The notes below the pieces were generated by a model. That model made no database searches. It saw only the letters and a list, made by a program, of their open reading frames with translations, and was not told the DNA's origin. Source: a virus (Duplodnaviria; Caudoviricetes). Taken from it: a stretch of DNA of 34,250 nucleotides. Within the stretch, counting starts at the first letter, position 1. Every line of letters begins with the position of its first letter. This document shows positions 9,038 through 17,924 of the stretch, one piece after another. The DNA lies in IMG/VR virus record IMGVR_UViG_3300032285_003710, positions 1 to 34,250 of that record. One strand, 5' to 3'. Both the position numbers and the translations under genes were made by a program.

Positions 9038-12000
9038 ATGACACAAGAACAATATCAGTGGCTGAAAGATAACGGATATGATCCTGCCGTCTATGACGTA
9101 GACGAGCAGGGTAATGTCTTTCAGAATCCTATTACAGCCCCAGCGAGCAAAGAAAAGATGTCTCCTCTGCGCGCAGCGGGGGCTTCTTTCTTGGGTAACC
9201 TGTTGCCTAGTGCGGCCGGTTTGTATGCTGGCGCACAGGCTGGTGCTCTCGGTGGCTCGATGTTTGGTCTGCCTGGCACAATCATCGGCGGCATTGGCGG
9301 CGGTCTCGCTGGCGGCTATGGTGCCGGAAAGGCTCAAGAGGCTGCGTTGGAAAAGTTTGCGCCTGAGGCTTTGCAACAACTCGCACAGGCTGAACAAGAT
9401 CAGCCAGTTGCTTCTTATCTCGGCGGTTTTGCTCCGAATGCGCTCGCACTGAAGCCTTCGTTTGGCGGCATTAGGGGATTGACTGCGCCAGCGATGGGCA
9501 TGTCTAAAGCCACGCGTGCGGCTTTCATCCCGGCGGCTGCTAATGTGGGTGTCAATGTGGCTGGCTCCACGGCGGGTCAACTTGTGAATATGGCTCAAGG
9601 CGGCGAGTTCTCTGCCCCGCGCTTTGCTGCTGATGTTGCGCTTGGAAGTTTGTTCTCTGATCCAACGAAGCTTGGTCGTCGATTTGGTCTGACTCCTCTA
9701 AAGCCTGATGTTGCTGCGGCAGAATCTCCTATGGATCTTGCTGCGCTTCGTACTGCAGCGGCTGAGTCTAGTGAGGCTGCTCGTGTGGCTGGCGAGGCTG
9801 AATCTGCTCGCATCATGGACGAGACTCGCGGACAGATGGCTGCGGGCGGAATGACTGCGCGTGAGATCGAGTTGTTTAAGACTCGGCCTGAGATGGAATG
9901 GTGGAAGCGTCCGGAATCTGAGCGCATTGCAGACATCGAACGCACGGCTAAACAAGTTAAACAAAAACTGCCTAAAGGTATGGCAGCTGAGTTGGCTGGT
10001 TTGCCTGAGGTTTATGATGTCGTTCAGAATCCTGAGAAGTTTCCTCAGTTCCTCGCGACCTCGCTTGAGGAAGCTTTGAATGCGGCGCATGAGCGTGGTG
10101 TGCAGAATAAGTTTTTGCGGCCTGAGGATGCTGAGATAATGGGCCGTTATCAAGATAACCGCTTGGAGGTTATGGCGCAGAAAGGTACGCCTGAGTATCT
10201 TGCACAAGCAATGGGCGCTGGTCGTGAGCGCGTTGGAGCTTTTACGCCTGAAGGTGGTGCTCGCGTTGCGCCCGAAGGATGGACTCCTGAAGTTGCTCGG
10301 CCTATTCGAGCCGCTGCGACTACTGAGGAAGTTCTCGGTCGTCCGCCTGAGGCTGTGAAAGCCGAGGAAGGTGTGTCGCTGCAAGAAGCTCTCAAGCCGA
10401 CGGCTGAAGAAGCTGCAAAGGCTGAGGCTATTCAAGCTGAGAATGCTCGCATTGAGGCCGAGCAGAACGCTGCTGAGCTTCGTAAGTTGCAGGATCTTGA
10501 TGCCGCTCAGGCTTTGAGTGATGAAGCTGCGGCTCGTTTGCAGAGTTTGCAAGCGCGTCAAGCTGAGTTGCTGAAGCTGGCTGAGCGCACTCCTGCTGTG
10601 ATGCGTCGATCTATTCGAGGCGACATTGCTCCAGAGATCACTCAAGCCAAGCAAGAACTCGCTGATGCGCGTGCTATTGCTGATGATCTATACTCGCGCT
10701 TGCAACGTGCTGGAGGTGAAGGCTTGCTTAGTCAGGCTGACCTCGATGCGGCTGCTCAACTTGCGGCTCGGCGCGGCCTGAAGATTGTGCCCGCTACGCC
10801 AGAGCAACAAGCCCAAGGCATTCGCGGCGCATATGTCGTCAATGAAAATGGCGAGCGCGTTGTCTACATCAATCCTCTTGCGGCCACGGCTGACACAGCC
10901 ATTCACGAAATTGGTCATGACGTTTTTGAGACGTCGCCCAATGAACGGATGAAGCGTTCGCTGATGGATAGCGCTGAGGGTTCTGAGGCGTATCAACGCG
11001 AGTACGAAGCACGCTTGGCTGAAGGTAAGAGCGAGCAAGTCGCAAGGGATCTTGCGCTGGAAGAAGGCCTCGTTCAGGCTTTCGGCGAAGCTTATCCTAA
11101 AGCTAAACCCGGCGAGATTCGTCAGTGGTTCAATGCGCTGAAGTCGTCCGTCAAGAGCATGATCGGTATGAAGCTCTCGCCCGAAGACGCGCTCGCTTGG
11201 ATGCACTATGCGACTACGGAGGCTGTGCCTTGGAAGGGTGCTGCTGTGGCGAAGGTTGATGTTGCTGGAGAAGAAAGGATGCAGCGTGCCCAACAAGAGA
11301 CTCCTGAGTTTAAGGCGTGGTTTGGTGATAGTAAGGTTGTCGATGCTGATGGGAAGCCTTTGACGGTTTATCATGGAACACGTAGTCCTCAAGACTTCAA
11401 TACATTTAGGACTGATAGCGGACATAACTATGGACCGGGTGCTTACTTCACTCCTGAAGCTCGTCGTGCTAGTGGTTATGCAGGAGATCAAGAAGGTTCA
11501 CGAGTGTATTCTACTTACGTCAAGGTAGAAAAACCTTACATTGTACAGTCTGATGCGACTATTCAAGACCTTGGATATAAACTACGACAAGATTCTGCCA
11601 ATGATGTATTGATCCAAAAACTGTTGCAGAAATATAACAGCACGGATAAGAACATTCTAGGTAATGCTGAGGTTGGTAATGCTTGGCTTCGTGAACAAGG
11701 TTATGATGGTATTATCAAACAACGTAATCGTTATACTGAAAATGGTTATGTTCCTGAAGTTGTTGAAGTTGTAGCCTTCAATCCAGAACAAGTCAAATCT
11801 GCCACAGCCAACAAAGGAACCTTCTCACCCCTGAGCAAAGACATCCGCTATCAACGCAGTCTCGGCTCTGAGATCGCGAAGCCTTCTGAGCTAGATTATC
11901 TCGCGTCGAAAGGTGGTCCGTTTGAGCGCGTAGCTTCTGTGCTGAAACCCGCTTACAACACCCGAGACTTCAAAGCTGGTGAGTGGTCCAATAAGTATTC

Positions 12001-14227
12001 TCTCGCCGCTCAACTTAGACCTGATGATCAGAAGAGGCTGTTCACACATCTCTCCCAAGAGTTCGACAACAACACTCGCTCGACTCCGCCAGCGGATCTC
12101 CGTGCGGCCTATGATCAAATCCGCAATGACTATCTCCCGGCGATCGTCAATGACTATAACGCCGCGGGCATGACTGTGCGAGACACCGCCGGGCTTCGTG
12201 CGCGTGGATCTAATCCGACATATATTCCGCTGCACGCTATTGCGGAAGAGGTTAAGAATATCCTCACGACCAAGCAAGGATCGCCTGAGTATGACAAGCT
12301 GAAGAATGACTTCCTTCAGTGGAACACTCAACTGCGTCAAGCGGACGGCGCTAGTCTGGCCGAGGCACAGAAGTATGCGCTGGAGAAGTTTAAGGACAAA
12401 GTTGACATTACTTCAAAGCCACCGGGCATCGAAAGCGGCATTCCGTTCTCCGGTGCGCGTAAGCCTGAAGGTTATCCGCTGCCGCCTAGCTGGCGCAGTG
12501 ATGATCTGATTGGAAATCTGAACAACTACACGCGTCGTTCGGCGACGGACTATGCTTATCAGAAGCACGTTGAGTCGTCGCCTGAGGCGATGGCGGCGTT
12601 GGGTGCGAAGAAGTACTTTAACGACGTTCCGATCCCGGCGAATGTCTTGGCTTCAACCGCTAATATCATCAACGATCCTAGCGTGCAGTCTATCCTGCGT
12701 GAGTATCGCGGCACACCGGCGCAGAAAGTGGGCGGCGCTCTGAGCGACTTTGGCAAAGGCGTGAGCGTGGCGACGATCGGACCTGTCTCGAAGGTTGGTG
12801 ATATCGGGACCTCGCTCGTAAAGGGTTTGGTCTATATGCCCGCCGGTGAATACACGTCAGGCTTGGTTGACTTCACTAATCGACTGGGCAATTGGGCGGC
12901 TCTTAAGGAGCGTTCTTACGCATCGGGCCTGAATAAACGTGATGCCGCTCAGAACATGCGTCAGGTGCTCGGAATCGGTGACGATTCTGTGAGCTTCATG
13001 GCGAAGGCCGCCGAGACATTGAGTAAATTCACAGGTCTGAATCAGCTTGAGACTGTGGCGCGGACGATCGCACAAGGCTGGGGCGAGACTGTTGTGAAGT
13101 ACAACAAGCGACTCGCGCTGGGCGGCGATAAGAACGCTACGCAGATGCTCGACACGCTCAGTCCTGATTGGCGCACTCGGTCTGACGCTGATCTCGCGGC
13201 GCAGGTTGGGCGTTTGTTGCAAGGTTCTTATGACATGCGACAACTTCCTGCCTCTGTTCTTGAAGGTGCCGCTGCGCCTTATTTGACGTGGAGCAAGTGG
13301 AGCATTGGACAGTATGATTCGTTTGTCAAGTATGCTCTGCGCCCCGCTATGCAGGGTAATGTCAAGCCGCTGATCGGTCAGATGCTGATTGGCGTGCTGG
13401 GAGGCGGCGCTGTCTCCGCTGTGCAGGAATGGATCAATAACCGTGAGGGACGTGACATCAACTGGACTGAGCTTGAAAGCTGGATGCATCAGAATCAAGG
13501 ACAACTTGGCGCTGATGGTGGACAGCTTCTCGGGCAGAAACTTCTGACGATGGCTCAGAAGCTCGGCACGTTTGGCTTTGCGGGTGACGTGGCTAAGATG
13601 GTCATTGACACTACGGCGGGCGGAACGGCGCAAGGCGTGGCGACGATGCCAGCGTTGGATGCTGTGTACGATATCTCAAAGCGCGTGGCGGCTGCGACGA
13701 AAGCGCTTGATGACGGTGAAGACTTTGGCTTGGTGCTGAAGACTTTGATGCAGGATAGCGTGATCGGACACTTGCAGGTTGCGCGGCTTGCGCGGAACTG
13801 GCTGGACGAGGATGAGAATCTGCGATATGATGATCGTCGTCGGCGCCGGTTGTATGATGAGCTGACGGGCATGCCGAGTAAGGGCGGCGCGTTTGCTGTG
13901 AACTATAGTAACTTGAGCGAGAGGGAATTCGAGCGGGGCGAGATAACCCCACAGACCGGCGAAGAGGCATTCTCTTTGGTGTCTCGCGCGCGTGAGCAAG
14001 CAACGACACCAGAAGACTATGCGAGCCGGATTAGAAAATTGAAGACTGCTCAAAACCAAATCATGCCCTCGTTGGAGAGACAGCCTCTCAAGGCGGCAAG
14101 ATACTTAAGCTGGCTTGAGGGCACTGAGCAGGGATTGGGAAGTGAGGCTGCTAGAAGGTACTTGATAAGGGAACAAGAAGATAAGTATCGAAAGAGTTTG
14201 ATAGAAGGAATGAGTGGCTTGCGGTAA
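9038..14227 (+). CDS. large internal virion (polyvalent) protein with zincin metallopeptidase and ADP-ribosyltransferase modules
   Basis: 1729 aa from ATG 9038. Gly-rich hydrophobic N-terminus; HEIGH at 10904-10918; FKAWFGDSKVVD..GKPL.VYHGT...GAYFT...GYDGII...EVVAFNPEQVKSA matches the ART-PolyVal pattern. Confidence 0.75.
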   Translation: MTQEQYQWLKDNGYDPAVYDVDEQGNVFQNPITAPASKEKMSPLRAAGASFLGNLLPSAAGLYAGAQAGALGGSMFGLPGTIIGGIGGGLAGGYGAGKAQEAALEKFAPEALQQLAQAEQDQPVASYLGGFAPNALALKPSFGGIRGLTAPAMGMSKATRAAFIPAAANVGVNVAGSTAGQLVNMAQGGEFSAPRFAADVALGSLFSDPTKLGRRFGLTPLKPDVAAAESPMDLAALRTAAAESSEAARVAGEAESARIMDETRGQMAAGGMTAREIELFKTRPEMEWWKRPESERIADIERTAKQVKQKLPKGMAAELAGLPEVYDVVQNPEKFPQFLATSLEEALNAAHERGVQNKFLRPEDAEIMGRYQDNRLEVMAQKGTPEYLAQAMGAGRERVGAFTPEGGARVAPEGWTPEVARPIRAAATTEEVLGRPPEAVKAEEGVSLQEALKPTAEEAAKAEAIQAENARIEAEQNAAELRKLQDLDAAQALSDEAAARLQSLQARQAELLKLAERTPAVMRRSIRGDIAPEITQAKQELADARAIADDLYSRLQRAGGEGLLSQADLDAAAQLAARRGLKIVPATPEQQAQGIRGAYVVNENGERVVYINPLAATADTAIHEIGHDVFETSPNERMKRSLMDSAEGSEAYQREYEARLAEGKSEQVARDLALEEGLVQAFGEAYPKAKPGEIRQWFNALKSSVKSMIGMKLSPEDALAWMHYATTEAVPWKGAAVAKVDVAGEERMQRAQQETPEFKAWFGDSKVVDADGKPLTVYHGTRSPQDFNTFRTDSGHNYGPGAYFTPEARRASGYAGDQEGSRVYSTYVKVEKPYIVQSDATIQDLGYKLRQDSANDVLIQKLLQKYNSTDKNILGNAEVGNAWLREQGYDGIIKQRNRYTENGYVPEVVEVVAFNPEQVKSATANKGTFSPLSKDIRYQRSLGSEIAKPSELDYLASKGGPFERVASVLKPAYNTRDFKAGEWSNKYSLAAQLRPDDQKRLFTHLSQEFDNNTRSTPPADLRAAYDQIRNDYLPAIVNDYNAAGMTVRDTAGLRARGSNPTYIPLHAIAEEVKNILTTKQGSPEYDKLKNDFLQWNTQLRQADGASLAEAQKYALEKFKDKVDITSKPPGIESGIPFSGARKPEGYPLPPSWRSDDLIGNLNNYTRRSATDYAYQKHVESSPEAMAALGAKKYFNDVPIPANVLASTANIINDPSVQSILREYRGTPAQKVGGALSDFGKGVSVATIGPVSKVGDIGTSLVKGLVYMPAGEYTSGLVDFTNRLGNWAALKERSYASGLNKRDAAQNMRQVLGIGDDSVSFMAKAAETLSKFTGLNQLETVARTIAQGWGETVVKYNKRLALGGDKNATQMLDTLSPDWRTRSDADLAAQVGRLLQGSYDMRQLPASVLEGAAAPYLTWSKWSIGQYDSFVKYALRPAMQGNVKPLIGQMLIGVLGGGAVSAVQEWINNREGRDINWTELESWMHQNQGQLGADGGQLLGQKLLTMAQKLGTFGFAGDVAKMVIDTTAGGTAQGVATMPALDAVYDISKRVAAATKALDDGEDFGLVLKTLMQDSVIGHLQVARLARNWLDEDENLRYDDRRRRRLYDELTGMPSKGGAFAVNYSNLSEREFERGEITPQTGEEAFSLVSRAREQATTPEDYASRIRKLKTAQNQIMPSLERQPLKAARYLSWLEGTEQGLGSEAARRYLIREQEDKYRKSLIEGMSGLR

Positions 14228-14230
14228 AAT

Positions 14231-14279
14231 TAAAGAACAAAAAACCCTCCTTGAATTAACAAGGAGGGTTTTCTTTTTG
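14231..14279. terminator. bidirectional terminator between convergent late and replication arms
   Basis: AAAACCCTCCTTG-AATTAA-CAAGGAGGGTTTT, A-rich on the left and T-rich on the right. Confidence 0.9.
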
Positions 14280-14286
14280 TTAGAAT

Positions 14287-14592
14287 TTATTGCTCAAAAG
14301 GCTCGCCGGGTTTTGCTTGAGCATGCTCGGCAAAGCGTGCATAGGCGGCAAGATCGACGTAGTTATCAGGATGATAGACTCGCGTGGATCGTTGAACTTT
14401 GAACGCAACCATCATTAGTTCAACAATGTGCGGCGGGATTGCTGTTGGAAGTGTGATTCCGTAGTGTTGTTGTAGAATGCCAGTCCAACTCAGGCCGATG
14501 TTGAGATGGCTATGGTGCGGCTCGCCATAGATCTGGCCGCGCTGTTGTACGGTTTCTGAGACTGTATCGTTACTTTGCAACATATTGTTCAA
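14287..14592 (-). CDS. DUF6378-like phage protein
   Basis: RG..YG.P.....IG..W...MM..FKV.R......DNYVDLAAYA pattern. Confidence 0.7.
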   Translation of the reverse strand: MNNMLQSNDTVSETVQQRGQIYGEPHHSHLNIGLSWTGILQQHYGITLPTAIPPHIVELMMVAFKVQRSTRVYHPDNYVDLAAYARFAEHAQAKPGEPFEQ

Positions 14593-15829
14593 TGTTATTT
14601 AGTTTTACTAACTTTATCCGATCCATCGTCACTAGATCATCTAGCACACGACGGAGTTCATCAGGCGTCTTGAGGGACTGATAGAACCTGACAAAGATTG
14701 ATTTCTTCGTGGCGCCTTGCGTTGTTTTGATAAAGCGCCAGATGTCTTCTGTGATCTTTGCGCTCTCATTGCGGCCCATGCCGACGAATGGGATATGCAT
14801 ATCCTTTTCGAGATTGGCGAGATGAGCCGTGGCTTTCTCTGCATCCTCTCTCGTCACGGTCATATCCAACGTCCGCGCGAAGTGTACGGCGAACAGGATC
14901 TTCTGATGATGAAGATTCTTGCGGCCATAGTATTCGTCCAGCATTGGATGTTTGTTCGTATGAACGAGATTTGGATGAAGCTCGAAGTGATGATGGATGT
15001 ATTCCTTTGCTTCGTCATTCAGAACCAAAGGGCCATATAGTTTCGATAGTTCCCTAATGTAAGATTGCAGGCGAAGTTTAGCCGCCTTTTGTTCTTCGTT
15101 AAGCGGGGGAATAGAATAAAGATGGAAACGCTTCTCAACGCCGTAAACGATAATCGTTCGAGCCATAAAACCGTCCGAGAGAATATCTTGATTCTGAAGA
15201 CTTTGGAACTTGCCGAGCGTTGTGTTGCCCAAGAGACTGATGCACATATTCGTGCAGAAGTCAGTGTCGCTATGCTTAAGTTTTCGGACGTACTTTCTTC
15301 CACCGTTATAAGCTTCGAGAAGAAAGTCTGAAAGTTGTTCGGCATTTTTCTTAAAGATTGAGGTTAGTTCGTCGAGGATGAATACGAGAGAGCTGTGATG
15401 ATAGGCTTTTCTGCGATTTTGTTCATCAACATAGCGATGTAAATAAGCGACGCGCGAGGTCTCTTGCGTGAATTGCTCGAAGGTCGTACTGTTCGGAGCG
15501 ATATAGATAAGAGGCTGTCGTGCGCCTTTGCGGTTGTCTGAGGCATCTTCGCCGAGTAGCTCAGCTGCGAGATCATTCTCTGGAGTCTTGATCTCGGCGG
15601 GGATTTCGAGGAGTTCTTTCATCGGACTCGTAATGAGAGATTTACCCGCCGAAGCGGGTCCGATGAAAGCGATGTATTGATTCGGAAATACTGCGTGGAA
15701 GTCAAGGTCACCGAACCAGACGCGCCTTTGAAGGGCGGCGCCGATCATGAAATAGAAAGCAGCATCAACAAACGGCTGCGGGCTTTGTACGTCTTTTGTG
15801 TACAAACACCAGTCTTCATATAGGCTCAT
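14570..15829 (-). CDS. DUF3987-like P-loop NTPase, putative replicative helicase
   Basis: Walker A GPASAGKS, Walker B FILDE, GFMAR arginine motif; located next to the polymerase. Confidence 0.7.
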   Translation of the reverse strand: MSLYEDWCLYTKDVQSPQPFVDAAFYFMIGAALQRRVWFGDLDFHAVFPNQYIAFIGPASAGKSLITSPMKELLEIPAEIKTPENDLAAELLGEDASDNRKGARQPLIYIAPNSTTFEQFTQETSRVAYLHRYVDEQNRRKAYHHSSLVFILDELTSIFKKNAEQLSDFLLEAYNGGRKYVRKLKHSDTDFCTNMCISLLGNTTLGKFQSLQNQDILSDGFMARTIIVYGVEKRFHLYSIPPLNEEQKAAKLRLQSYIRELSKLYGPLVLNDEAKEYIHHHFELHPNLVHTNKHPMLDEYYGRKNLHHQKILFAVHFARTLDMTVTREDAEKATAHLANLEKDMHIPFVGMGRNESAKITEDIWRFIKTTQGATKKSIFVRFYQSLKTPDELRRVLDDLVTMDRIKLVKLNNIEQYVAK

Positions 15830-16043
15830 GCAAGTATGCGAGTCTTACAGAGTTCTTGCGGATTTGGAGTGTGGTGATTACGTCGAAACCTTCTAGCTTC
15901 TCAAGGTTCGGATCGAACTCGCTGGGAAGGTGGGTCTCATGTACAATAACGACCGAGGGCGGCGGCAGGTTAGGCGGCCACTCTTTTAGTTTCTCCCGGA
16001 TCGCATTTGTGATCTGGGTTATTCGGTCATTCGTCTGACGCAT
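15816..16043 (-). CDS. hypothetical protein
   Basis: 75 aa; fills the gap and overlaps the helicase start. Confidence 0.6.
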   Translation of the reverse strand: MRQTNDRITQITNAIREKLKEWPPNLPPPSVVIVHETHLPSEFDPNLEKLEGFDVITTLQIRKNSVRLAYLHEPI

Positions 16044-16047
16044 AAAG

Positions 16048-16075
16048 CGGAGGGAGCTTTTCTTGGGCCGATTTT
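16048..16075 (-). promoter_or_regulatory. sigma54-type promoter P4
   Basis: AAAATCGGCCCAAGAAAAGCTCCCTCCG: GG-N10-GC; near-copy of the site at 20073-20100; fills the whole intergenic gap. Confidence 0.65.
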
Positions 16076-17069
16076 AAGCGAGGTCTCTCATGCCGAGTGG
16101 ATTGTCTTTTGAATACTTACCCCAGTTCTTTCCAGCTTGGGCCTCAGACTTCATCGTGAAGTTCACACCGTCTCGTCCGGTGAGCGAAATGGCGAGGCAT
16201 TCTTGCATGAGCTTCGCCGTGTCAGTGACAAGCCCATCTGGAACCAGCGCCAGAAAAGAGTCATGTTTATTGTTAATCGCCGGTAGTGTTTTGAGTGGCC
16301 GCTCTTTGTTGAATCGGTTAACAGCAATGTGTGTGATGCAGCCCACGGTGGACTGAGGAACCCATGAGATGCCTTCCCTGATATAAGAGTCAGTAATAGT
16401 ACGCTCGAACCGGCGTGGATATCCAAACAGATTACGGAGTTGACGGTTAGCTCTAATTTGAAATTCAATTTCATCTTGCCATTCTATGATTTCGGGGAAT
16501 AGGGACGCGAAGAATCCAAGAAAGACTTTGCATTCTTGGAGACTTAGAGTCAAAGTGCCATGACTCTGTTTCAATGTCTGCAACTGAAAGGTCCGCTCAC
16601 GCATCCTGTAGGATGAAGCGTGGCAGACCATCTTGCCGATCTTGTATTCTTTGTCGGAGGATTTGATTGCTTTGTCGAGGGGTTTCCAATCGGGGTCTTT
16701 CTTTAGATCAGACGGGCTGAGGCTTTTCCAATAAGATGGCGACTTGCCCGCGAGAGGCCATATGTCTTGCATCTGCTCGCAGAAGATGTGGAGCGCGATG
16801 AAGGTATGAGGCTTGATCCCGACGTTGAAGAGTTCCCTATAACGGCCGGGGCGCGTGAGATTGGCGACAATAAGAGCCTCAGCGCCGCTCTGGTCGCATT
16901 GGACGAATGTGTGATTCGGCGGGGCGATGTAGATATCAAGAGCTTCCTTGTCTGGATTCTGGAGATTGGCGCCGTAGGTTCCAAGGAACTGCCCAGAGGC
17001 GAGGCGAAAGCTTCCTGTCCCGGCGACCTTGAGAGAGGTCAGGCAGTGGATGTGTGGTTGTTGGGGCAT
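16074..17069 (-). CDS. polA: family A DNA polymerase, C-terminal polymerase half
   Basis: GTGSFRLAS...NLQN; motif A DQSGAE; motif B KMVCHASSY; motif C KHDS. Likely start is ATG 17069. Confidence 0.9.
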   Translation of the reverse strand: MPQQPHIHCLTSLKVAGTGSFRLASGQFLGTYGANLQNPDKEALDIYIAPPNHTFVQCDQSGAEALIVANLTRPGRYRELFNVGIKPHTFIALHIFCEQMQDIWPLAGKSPSYWKSLSPSDLKKDPDWKPLDKAIKSSDKEYKIGKMVCHASSYRMRERTFQLQTLKQSHGTLTLSLQECKVFLGFFASLFPEIIEWQDEIEFQIRANRQLRNLFGYPRRFERTITDSYIREGISWVPQSTVGCITHIAVNRFNKERPLKTLPAINNKHDSFLALVPDGLVTDTAKLMQECLAISLTGRDGVNFTMKSEAQAGKNWGKYSKDNPLGMRDLA

Positions 17070-17073
17070 AAGA

Positions 17074-17922
17074 TTAAACGTCCTCACGCCATCCTACGAA
17101 CGAGGCATTGAACGGGCGGCCATCGTCGGTGAGGTTGAGATATTTGATAGTGGCTTTCTTTCGGAAGTCATAGTTTAGTTGAATATACTCTTCCCTTTCC
17201 TCGTCAGTGAATCCGGTGCCGACTTCGAAGCGCACGCCCTTCGCAGTGATAAACTCAAGCGCACCGAGTTTGCCTTTGCACTTACCTTCGTCAGAGACCA
17301 CGCGACCAATGCACAAGAACTCTGCGTCGAGAAACGCCTTGCGCTTTTGAAGATTCATCGTCGAGCGTTCCTTATCGCCCTGCGGCATATACGATCCGAA
17401 GACGCTCTTGAGCATTTGGCCTTCGAATTGTTGCTTGAGATATTCTTCGTAACACTCATCGAGTTCGATGCGGGTCTTGCAAATAGACCACGGGATCATT
17501 TCTACGCCAACGCCAGTAGATTCCTTAATGATCTTATCAAGCAAGAGCATTCTCGTAAGAGCATTATACTTTGGCTCTACGATATCGAACGCATAGAAAC
17601 TAATATGCTTTGCGTCTTCACCGGGCAGAATGCGGTTCACGCCCACGGCGGCATTGATCTTCTGGAGGCTCATGCCGTGGCAGTATAGCTCGCCGTCGAT
17701 AATATAGTCGTTAAGCGGCGGCGGAAAGATACTTTGCAAAACGGCATCATTCCACCTCTTCCCATCGCGTGAATAAAAACCAGAGCCGGGAATGTACATG
17801 CACCTCAGGCCGTTGAGCTTGGGCATCGAAACGACGTGGCCGAACTTTGATGGGTCATAAATCCCAGCGCGCATAAAGGATGCGGCGATTTGCGGGTCTT
17901 TTTCTTTTGTATCTTTTTTCAT
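17074..17922 (-). CDS. lig: ATP-dependent DNA ligase
   Basis: Motifs PKLNG, IDGELY, FYAFD, EGQMLK, QKRK and an OB-fold VGTGFTD. Likely start is ATG 17922. Confidence 0.9.
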   Translation of the reverse strand: MKKDTKEKDPQIAASFMRAGIYDPSKFGHVVSMPKLNGLRCMYIPGSGFYSRDGKRWNDAVLQSIFPPPLNDYIIDGELYCHGMSLQKINAAVGVNRILPGEDAKHISFYAFDIVEPKYNALTRMLLLDKIIKESTGVGVEMIPWSICKTRIELDECYEEYLKQQFEGQMLKSVFGSYMPQGDKERSTMNLQKRKAFLDAEFLCIGRVVSDEGKCKGKLGALEFITAKGVRFEVGTGFTDEEREEYIQLNYDFRKKATIKYLNLTDDGRPFNASFVGWREDV

Positions 17923-17924
17923 AT

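Noticed and set aside
7838-14059. Long alternative-frame and antisense ORFs (e.g. 9698-10654, 10688-11491, 12857-13633)
   Set aside because: They are shadows of codon-biased virion genes and carry no recognisable motifs.
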